A DNA stretch of 60,873 nucleotides, counting the filler, from Circinaria calcarea (Eukaryota), in assembly GCA_051942165.1 (NCBI GenBank). It is 4 parts of 4 records of this genome, joined end to end, with 100 filler letters (N's around TTAATTAATTAA, not from the genome) between each part and the next. Parts side by side here need not be neighbours in the genome. Positions count along the whole stretch, not along the records: positions 45,764 to 60,873 come from JAVECS010000386.1; 3 more parts are not named here. One strand, given 5' to 3'. The notes beneath the pieces were generated by a model, which did not search any database, was not told the DNA's origin, and saw only the letters and a list, made by a program, of their open reading frames with translations. Below, in pieces: positions 52,414-60,873 of this stretch (position 1 is its first letter; each line of letters opens with the position of its first letter). The position numbers and the translations under genes are program-made.

Positions 52414-55236
52414 ATGGAATCTTTCCTAGGAAATGGCCCACGAACTAATCAACAGACTGGCTTCACACCTGTTCGACGGCGACATGATACCGATCCATAC
52501 ATGTCACCCACCGTGTACAGCAAAGCTCCATGGACTACCAGTCGTTGTAATCGCCTGCTCCGTCCAATATCTTCAAGAGTCGTACTCCTGCGCAAGCACA
52601 AGCTACAACCTGCTGAGGACCGTAACAACTTTGCTCGGGCTGTGCCCTTTGCAAAGAATCAACCAAACACCAGAGATCATAATGAAACTCTTCGAGCCGC
52701 CGAATCTCGTCAACCATTGTGTGAGAGATTGGACAAAAAGGACCACGATCCAGACTGGGCACCAGAGGATGGACCACGAAAGAGATTGAAGCGTACATAT
52801 TCTTCCAAGTCCGGCTTGCAATTTATGGAGCAAGCGCGCACGCGACGCCTTCGCAGTATAGACATAGCTCGAGACGAAGATAACACGCAACTGCCCCTAC
52901 TTAGGAATCGGAACGAAACGCAGAGCGCAATGCTATTTCAATCCTTCATGAGCAAGCCTCAAGTATTAGGTACCTATGGCCGCATCTATCTGGGTAACAG
53001 ACCCATAAGGGGTAAGAGCAGAATTCAAGGAAAGGGGTCCCACGCCACTGTACGCGAGTCTGTTCGTAGGCTTGCCAAATCTGTGTCACCGTCTGAGTGG
53101 ATGCTCGTTGATGGTCTCTACAATGCTCTCGATGCCTTGCTAAAAGCGACTACCGGCAGCAAGATCCCAGCAAATAGTGGCGCACCGTCACTCTTCTCTT
53201 CTTGCCTCCGGAAGATTCCGCATTATATTATACAAGAGCAAAGGATGATCGGGGTAGACGATCCGGACCCGGACACTGATGTTACGTCAGAAATATTCGC
53301 AGATTTGGAATCATACGGATTATCGGAATGTGGAGGATGGAAACCACTGAGGGAGATTGTGAGAGCTCACGGTATCGCCATCCTAGGGGCTGCTATCGAA
53401 GATGGCTTCATTAACGCTTCAATTGCTCGAGGGCTCGTCCTCCTATGTACTCAAGCATCTGCATACAGTGAGGCAGAACATCTCATCCAAAGCTTGATTA
53501 CGGTCACACGGCCACTGCCGGAGCCAAGGTCCCTGTCTGAACGATTGTTTACAACTAATGTGTGCCTTGGTACCCTAAATGACTTTTACTATCGAACAGA
53601 ACGGCACAGCTTCTTCTACCGTCAACTTACTGTCTTGCTATCGAGCAGAATTATACCTGTTGAGTGGATATCAAGTTATGACATGGTCGATTGCTGGAAT
53701 CAGGTCATGGGGCATATAATAGCGGAAGACTCCCATATTGAGGAGGCCACTCTCTTACTTCAGTGTGCAGTCTCCATGGCATACACTAGCTTGGGTACTC
53801 CGATAAGCAATACGATCCACCTCCATCGATTGCAATCACGGGCAAGTCCAAGGCTAGATATTCAGGCATATGGACGAAAGGATTCGTTAGCTCCCAAAGA
53901 TGCGCATCCACATTGCATATTACAGCAAAGTGACCATCAGGAGAGCAGTATAGCTATAGCGATCACCAGCACTATCACTAATTTACTTACCGTCCTCCTC
54001 TCGATTGGAATTGTACACTCGGATGCAAGAGGCACCGACTCCCTGCCCACGCATTCGGCTATCCTACGAGGTCTTGCAATTGACGCTCAACAGCATTACG
54101 AACTGTCTCCTTGTCCCCAATCACAAATCCAAGAGTTAGGCATGCGTGAAGCTCGCCTTGCAATAGTACTGCTTGCCCATGGCATATCGGATCTAACATC
54201 AATTACTTCGGAACCTACCCATATTAAACTTGAGACAGGTTGGCTTGATACAATAAGTGAGTTCAATGAAAAGGCAAAGATGGCTGATCGACTGTCATCG
54301 TTTTGCTGTGCCGTTGCACACTGCTGTGATCGAGCGGGACCAAAGGACGGATTCGAGCACCTACAGAATATGCTTCAGTGCCTTTTGGATCTTCCATTCT
54401 CTCAGGTAGGAAGCGCCATGCGATCGTTGATTCGGCATATTGCTATGGATGCAGCATTTGAATTTGCAGAGGGAACAAATCAAAAGGACCAGTTGAATTG
54501 GGCACTAGAATTAGAGGAAAACCTCAACGCCGAATGTCGCAAAGCTGATGGCAAAATTTTGGGCAGGACACCGGCACGAGCTTCCATGAAGCCCTCGGCA
54601 GGTTTTCGCTGGGAGGAAGGGATTTGCGAATGGATTGCCAGGACTCCGGCTGTTGCGCTAGCACAGACTAAAGCAGATCAATCCAGCGGTGGCCTATGTC
54701 GAATTCTGGACCAAGACCAAGCTCATGGCCCAATGGACAAATCACCATCCCTTAACCGCAGACCTACCTGTCAACAAGTCTCGAGCATGGTGCTCGATGG
54801 AGAGAATGAGGGCATGATAGCGTCATTGCCAACTGGACGACCCTCCTTTCCGGACCTTTGCAGTACCCCATTGAAGAGGGTGCTGTCAGACAATATTCAT
54901 TCCTACGAATCCAAACCCCGACTTTCCCATGTGCGCCGGAAGAGCCCGATTGGTGAAGGCAACCAGGCACGGATAGTGCAAGGCGTTCATGTATTCGACG
55001 ACGATACGGACGAACTCTCTACGCACGAATCATCTCAGGAGCCACAGTATGGAGGACGGCGACCAGTCTTGCGGGAACTTTCCAACCTCGCATCCAAGAT
55101 ATGCCAGACGAGCACAGGGAAACGGAAGGCGGGTTCGTCTAGGCACAGATCAGTGCTTTCGAAACATCGTCGGACGCAGTCCGGCTTGTTGTGGGAGATG
55201 GGGGAGAATGTCAGCGAAGACGAGCTTGGGGTGTGA
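52414..55236 (+). CDS. Uncharacterised 940-aa protein, intronless
   Basis: Long stop-free ORF; motifs WTTSRCNRLLRPISSR, GWKPLREIVRAHG, FRWEEGICEW, terminal SEDELG. Confidence 0.8.
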   Translation: MESFLGNGPRTNQQTGFTPVRRRHDTDPYMSPTVYSKAPWTTSRCNRLLRPISSRVVLLRKHKLQPAEDRNNFARAVPFAKNQPNTRDHNETLRAAESRQPLCERLDKKDHDPDWAPEDGPRKRLKRTYSSKSGLQFMEQARTRRLRSIDIARDEDNTQLPLLRNRNETQSAMLFQSFMSKPQVLGTYGRIYLGNRPIRGKSRIQGKGSHATVRESVRRLAKSVSPSEWMLVDGLYNALDALLKATTGSKIPANSGAPSLFSSCLRKIPHYIIQEQRMIGVDDPDPDTDVTSEIFADLESYGLSECGGWKPLREIVRAHGIAILGAAIEDGFINASIARGLVLLCTQASAYSEAEHLIQSLITVTRPLPEPRSLSERLFTTNVCLGTLNDFYYRTERHSFFYRQLTVLLSSRIIPVEWISSYDMVDCWNQVMGHIIAEDSHIEEATLLLQCAVSMAYTSLGTPISNTIHLHRLQSRASPRLDIQAYGRKDSLAPKDAHPHCILQQSDHQESSIAIAITSTITNLLTVLLSIGIVHSDARGTDSLPTHSAILRGLAIDAQQHYELSPCPQSQIQELGMREARLAIVLLAHGISDLTSITSEPTHIKLETGWLDTISEFNEKAKMADRLSSFCCAVAHCCDRAGPKDGFEHLQNMLQCLLDLPFSQVGSAMRSLIRHIAMDAAFEFAEGTNQKDQLNWALELEENLNAECRKADGKILGRTPARASMKPSAGFRWEEGICEWIARTPAVALAQTKADQSSGGLCRILDQDQAHGPMDKSPSLNRRPTCQQVSSMVLDGENEGMIASLPTGRPSFPDLCSTPLKRVLSDNIHSYESKPRLSHVRRKSPIGEGNQARIVQGVHVFDDDTDELSTHESSQEPQYGGRRPVLRELSNLASKICQTSTGKRKAGSSRHRSVLSKHRRTQSGLLWEMGENVSEDELGV

Positions 55237-56533
55237 AACGCGCATGTGCTCGATCAAGTAAGATGTATGGTGCAATGTTGAATCTCCGGTAATGTTGCCC
55301 TAGGCTTTTGGATATAGAGGAGGTTGTCGGGACGAGAGTGGGGACGATCAATGTTGGATGCATCGAGGTGGTGTCAAGCAACAAGGGAAACCGACACATT
55401 TCCGGGTAGACGCCTAGTGCAAGTCGAAACGTGATCAGGCTCTTCTTATTTCTGGGTAGATAAGATAAGATATCGTCGCGGAGAAATAACCGCATTTCAA
55501 GTTGAGAGTTGTGCCTCTTGGCTGCCGGAGATCTTACTTGGTGAGAGTGATCTAGCGGCATGGTAGAAGCAAAATCCATCCCAGTTACGGAGCACGTTGT
55601 CATTCAATCGAAACCTGATGGCCGTCCCCCCGAAACCTTAAAGAAACTTGGCTTTTCTGCGATCACGGGAGGGGCATGCGCGTCAAAGGAGTGGAGAAGA
55701 GTCTCGACGAGTCGATAAGGAGTCATTCCCAAGAAGCGGGGGGCTTCATCTTAAATACGGAGCTAATGCGTCGTACCTGAGCGATCGCCGAAGCCAATCC
55801 ATGGCGGTTTCAAGCGTCATCTCCAACGAAGCGCCAATCCACTTTGAAGCGAGGCACTAGTCCGTCCCTTGATTCCCATTCCCATTCTCCGGCCCCTGAG
55901 TGCCGCCATTCTCCATCGTACGTGGTGTTTTTCACGACTCACGAGCATCAACAAAGGTCGTCTTGAGGCGAAGAGACGCTTGCTGCGCTCTCGAACCTTC
56001 ATCCACTCTTTAGACGTCGGTGATAGTTGATCTATCCGCCATTGCAGTCGTTAGCTTTGGACACGTACTATTATCACCTATCGCCATCCTGCATCCCTGG
56101 CGAACCTGACACACTGACATTGCTTCAACCAGAGGCCACCGATTAGACGCCTGCCCTTCATTGCGTACAGGCACCCTCCCCCACCTCGAGCAAGAGGATC
56201 GATACTTGATCTAGATACTCCTCTCAACCACGAAGATTCCCTTCTTCCTCCCAACGCTTTGGTCGTCACAAGCCCATCTTTTACGTTCGAGCACGTCGCA
56301 GGGTCGACGGCACACATTCTTTTTGGAGTCCATTCGTTTTCAATCCATTGCTTACTGGAAGGTTTGATATACGCTTCTCGTCGCTGCTGGCCCAACGGCT
56401 AACCCTTCAGAGAACTAGCTGGACGATTCTCCCTCACTCCCTAGAACGCGATTCCAATTAGTGGCCGCTGCAAGTTGCCGGATTCCTTTCAGGTATCAAA
56501 CCCTTTAACGGGTGGTGCACGTCCAAGTCCTTG

Positions 56534-58490
56534 ATGATGTCGACCTATGGTATCCGCTGGTTGCTACTTGCAACCTTGGTCGGACAAGTGATTGGGGGAG
56601 GGACGTCGACGAATTCAAGTCCAAGCAGCAAAAGCAGCTCCGCCGGTGGAAGCAGCGCCACCACGCTTTCCCCAGCTGCTGCGAAAGAGGAGGAGGAGGA
56701 CAATAAGCACTATGCTCACCTTGCACTTTTCACCCTAGCCGCGGCTGTCTTTCTCTTCGCGGTTTATAGGATCGTTCTTCATGCCGTTCGATACATTCGA
56801 ACTCTCACATGTCTCAACAACGAGAAACAGATGTATTTCAAGTCACCAAATCTTACCTTCGGGAGTTTGAAGGAACATCTTCTCTATGCACCGCTATTTC
56901 GGAGACGGCACAACGAGGAACTACACATCACATCAGGCTGGAGCCTTGGGATGTTACCCACTCGCTTCCAGAGCCTTTTCCTAACGGGCCTTGTCGGGAT
57001 GAACGTGGTTCTGTGTGTCATAGGCATTGACTGGAACAACCGTAGTACATCTGTAATGTTGACTCACCTTCGCAACAGAACCGGAACTCTCTCGGTGGTC
57101 AACATGATCCCTTTGGTGGTCCTCGCAGGCCGCAACAATCCATTGGTCGGTTTGCTCAATATTTCCTTTGACTCGTTCAACTTGGTTCATCGGTGGTTCG
57201 GACGAATAGTGGCAGTTGAGGCGGTCGTCCATATGCTTGCTTGGACTATCAAGAAAGTGAATTCCGGTATGTATTATTGAAAGGAGAATTGAAGGCATTA
57301 CTAATCGCTGTTTAGCTGGATGGGAAGGGGTTTCGAAATCTCTCCAGAGCTCCACTCTGATTATGACAGGTTTCATTGTAAGTCAACCTGACTTCGCGGT
57401 TTGCACAAGACTGATATTCCCTACTTAGGGTACCGTTACCATGGTCTTCATGATTCTTCAAGCATCCGCTGTGCTCAGACGAGCCTTTTACGAAACTTTT
57501 CTGCATCTACACATTGCCTTGGCCGTTCTCGCAATTGGTGGCGTATGGGTCCATTTGGACGGTCTAGGACCGCAAATCTACATCAAGATCGTTGTTGTGG
57601 CTTGGGCTGCGGAGCGTCTTCTGCGTTTAGCTACTCTCGTGTACCGCAATGTCGGTAAAGGGGGAACGAAAGCCACTGTCGAGGCGCTACCTGGTGACGC
57701 CGTCCGCATTACACTTCAAATGGCTCGCCCATGGGCTTTCCGTCCTGGCCAGCACATGTATCTCACGATGCCCTCTGTCGGCCTTTGGACTTCTCACCCG
57801 TTCTCCGTTGCTTGGAGTAACGAGGAGGAGCGCCTTGAATCCGAGAAAGGAGGTCTTGCCATGTCCCGTCAAGATATCCTGGCCATGCAAAAAACATCCA
57901 TGTCTCTTGTAATCCGCCGCCGAGATGGTTTCACCAACACCCTATTCAAAAAAGCGGAGAAGGCCCCCGAAGGTCGTTATGTCACTAGTGCATTTGCCGA
58001 GGGGCCTTATGGGGCCATGCACAGTTTGCACTCTTACGGCACGGTCATGATGTTTGCCGGTGGCGTGGGCATCACTCACCAAGTGCCCTATGTCCGCGAT
58101 CTCGTCAACGATTTCGCAAACGGCACCGTTGCTGCGCGTCGCGTCATCCTCGTTTGGGTTATACAGTTGCCGGAGCATCTCGAGTGGATCCGACCGTGGA
58201 TGACTTCGATCCTCGCGCTCGATAAACGGCGCGACATCCTTCGTATTCAATTGTTTGTGACGAGGCCGAGGAGCACAAAGGAGATTCATTCTCCCAGCGC
58301 GACGGTGCAGATGTTCCCTGGCAGGCCTAATGTCGATACTTTGGTGGGCATGGAGAGCGAGAACCAGGTGGGTGCGATGGCTGTGACTGTCTGCGGAACT
58401 GGCGGGTTGAGCGATGATGTCAGGAGGGCGGTGAGGAAGAGGCAGGGTATGCGGAATATTGATTTTGTGGAAGAGAGCTTTTCTTGGTAA
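56534..58490 (+). CDS. Ferric/cupric reductase transmembrane component (FRE family), 3 exons
   Basis: AGRNNPL, FNLVHRWFGR, YETFLHLH, FRPGQH, SHPFSV (FAD), EGPYG, FAGGVGIT (NADPH), VCG, terminal EESFSW. Confidence 0.93.
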
Positions 58491-59295
58491 AAGGAATTGC
58501 GCACGAAAAGAGAAATCGAAGCAATAAGGATAAGGATGGGAATTGGATTTGCTGTAGATAGTTGGAAATTTTTCGTTGTTTTGGGGGAAAGTGAGAATGG
58601 CATTGGATAGGAGTAATTCTTGTGCTCTCTTGGATTATAAGCGCCGGGGAATCTATCGAGGAGTGAGGAGCACATCTTTGGCAAGGCAGTTTGTTATCAT
58701 TCATGACATGAAAACCCATCCCCCAAGTTACTCCTGACCGTTTTGCTTTCCTATCTTCTTATGACAACAGTACTTTGTGTATAACTTGGAGATCGGTTAG
58801 CATAGGGCTGCCAGAGCCCGGCAAAACTAACTCGCATCTACGACTTCCCGTAGCGTGTGAGCGAGAGGCAACTACATCTCCCTCAGTCGGTACATCAGTC
58901 AGTCAGTACAGTAACTCTTTTGTACTCCAGCTAAAGGGAAGTCCACTAGGAGGGGAAATTCGATTTTTGTCCATGAAATCTTCCTGATCAAATATCGGGG
59001 AGCCTCACTTTATGGTGGAGGGGGGATTCGCTATGAGCAGCCTTCCTCCCCCCCCCCCGCCCCAGCTTTTCTTGCAGGGTCAGAGATCTGCCCTCTCAGC
59101 CTGCTTCAATGCCTCTCTAGAGGCGCCCTTTTTCAATCATAAGCCGTGCCAATGGATGCTCACAGGGGATTATACTGCGCCCCTGCAGGCTGATAGACAA
59201 GTTTCAGCCTGGTGTTTGTGTCGTGAGGGGAAGGTGCTTGCTTTGCTCTACTGGCTCCATCTGGTGCTACTTTAATAGTACACTGCCACCAAGAG

Positions 59296-59367
59296 CAGCG
59301 CCGTTAGGATTCGAACCTAATCCTGGTGATTACGCCTCGTCCATTGTGTTCTTGCGCACGCAGCGCT
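59296..59367 (-). pseudogene. tRNA-like element (pseudo-tRNA or tRNA-derived SINE head)
   Basis: 72 nt; acceptor stem AGCGCTG/CGGCGCT; perfect T-arm TTAGG-TTCGAAT-CCTAA (B box); D and anticodon arms non-canonical. Confidence 0.5.
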
Positions 59368-59531
59368 TGTACGAAGGACCCTGTAACAGCTGGGAGCATG
59401 GCGAGATAAGAAGATTTATAATCCCATGTCACGCTGCAGATATTGTAAGTGATAATCAAAGCTGAGAACTTCCTACGGTGTGAGCTTTAACGTGTTTGTC
59501 TTGTCGTTTTGGGGTGTGAACTTTCTTTGCC

Positions 59532-60873
59532 ATGCCTGCTTGTTCACCGTCGGATTGCTCGTGGTTCCTAGGCGACGAGACTGCTCTGCCTCCGGCTCTA
59601 GGACCCAATCTAGACATCTCCAGCATCGGTGTAAGCCTAGCACGGTTGACCACCAGTACCTTCCTAATTTGGCTAATCTCCAGAAGGTACTTGTGGGGTT
59701 TGTCGGCACTGCATATCTCACTCTTCTGTTACTAGTTATCAACTACCTACTCGTATATATCGCAAATGACCAAGATGGATCTCTCCATGTCAATCCTATC
59801 GATCAAGTTTTCGTCGGATGGGTGCGTCGCACAGTTCGAATCTCTTCACGATCTTTGGATTGGCAAAGGCGGTGGGAGGAGACATTCAAGAAAGTAAGCT
59901 GCATTCTTTTCTACCCTTCCCATTATACCAACATTGACCAGATCAAAAGTGCGTACTGTCACTCAGTGATCAGCAAATTGTGACTGGTATTGCCATCCTA
60001 GCAAGTGGTTACTCTCAGCTGGCTTGCGGGCTTTCATCCTATCATTGGCAGATAGTAATTCATCTTGCCTGGTTTGCGTCTCTCACACATCTAAGCACCT
60101 TGACCATGCTTCGACCCTACCTCCATAAGCACTATCTACTTCTACTCCTGCGACTGTTATTCATGGCCGCAGTACTCGTTCTTCTTGGCTATGGTCTGTT
60201 ACCAACAGGCAATAGCCGATGGCTAGAGAAATCCTACTACTGGACTGGTAACACGAATCCCTTTCAACCGGGGATTCCAGCACAATGCTTCTATAAAGAG
60301 CTGTTTGCGCATGACGGTTATGCTCCCAGATCGAATCAATTTCCTTCAATGCTAATATCGATCTTTGTCTTAACCTCAAGCTATCTCATTAGAGTTATCA
60401 AGCTCTCTCAAACAGGCTCGCAGCGAATAAGAAAGTACATACGTTTGAAGCCAGGAGTTTGGTGGAAGAAAAGACTCCACCAACGAGCAGTTCTATACTC
60501 ACAGACTGATACCACAGCTGAGCGGCTCAAGCTGTTGTTATGCCCGGTTGAGGTTACCGTATTTGTTATTTTGATGGCTGTATTTGATATTGCGGAATCG
60601 ATTTTATGGGAGGTGAGTCAAGAAGTCAATCTCAGGTTCAATAAGCAACAGGCATTGACACTACCAAGATTATGTGCCTTATTCACGCTCTCGAGTGGGG
60701 TACCTTTAACCTCATATTTACTCGAGCCTCTATATCCAGATTTGGCACAAGCGGAAGTCAAAACCTCGCTGTACGCGAAGCAGAAGGGTTTTGGGGGTTT
60801 GGACAATGGGTTGCAGCCTTGCTATTGCTTCTTCCAATTTTGACGCTGGGCGAGGCCTGTTATGGTAAGCGAA
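59532..60873 (+). CDS. Uncharacterised fungal multi-pass membrane protein, 3' truncated by window end
   Basis: Spliced NLDISSIG|VLVGF, LSDQQIVTGIAIL, SYHWQIVIHLAWFASLTHLSTLTMLR; several hydrophobic segments. Confidence 0.8.

Overview
Intron-rich filamentous ascomycete (Pezizomycotina) nuclear DNA. It is not one locus. Four segments (1-15191, 15292-30434, 30535-45663, 45764-60873; 15191/15143/15129/15110 bp, descending) are joined by an identical artificial 100-bp linker (44N-TTAATTAATTAA-44N). About 21 spliced genes can be supported. Most are housekeeping: NCS1 permease, Itc1, L-type lectin, Alg8, Atm1 (partial), Aim24, PTH11-like membrane protein, FMO-like monooxygenase, eIF3e, Img2, tartrate dehydrogenase (partial), Imp2, Spo71, GLTP/HET-C2, PLD, asaB/CmcJ-like oxygenase, Clu1, ferric reductase and two uncharacterised proteins. 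The most notable element is nearly invisible in the ORF track: a 7-exon gene (25671-26723, minus) encoding a 238-aa secreted protein with three tandem 6-Cys modules (C-x3-C-x6-C-x11-C-W-T-C-C). It was built by triplication of a ~310-bp exon/intron/18-nt-microexon/intron unit with all introns in phase 0. A degenerate tRNA-like element lies at 59296-59367. Gene names come from recalled motifs, not database searches, and exon boundaries were inferred by eye.
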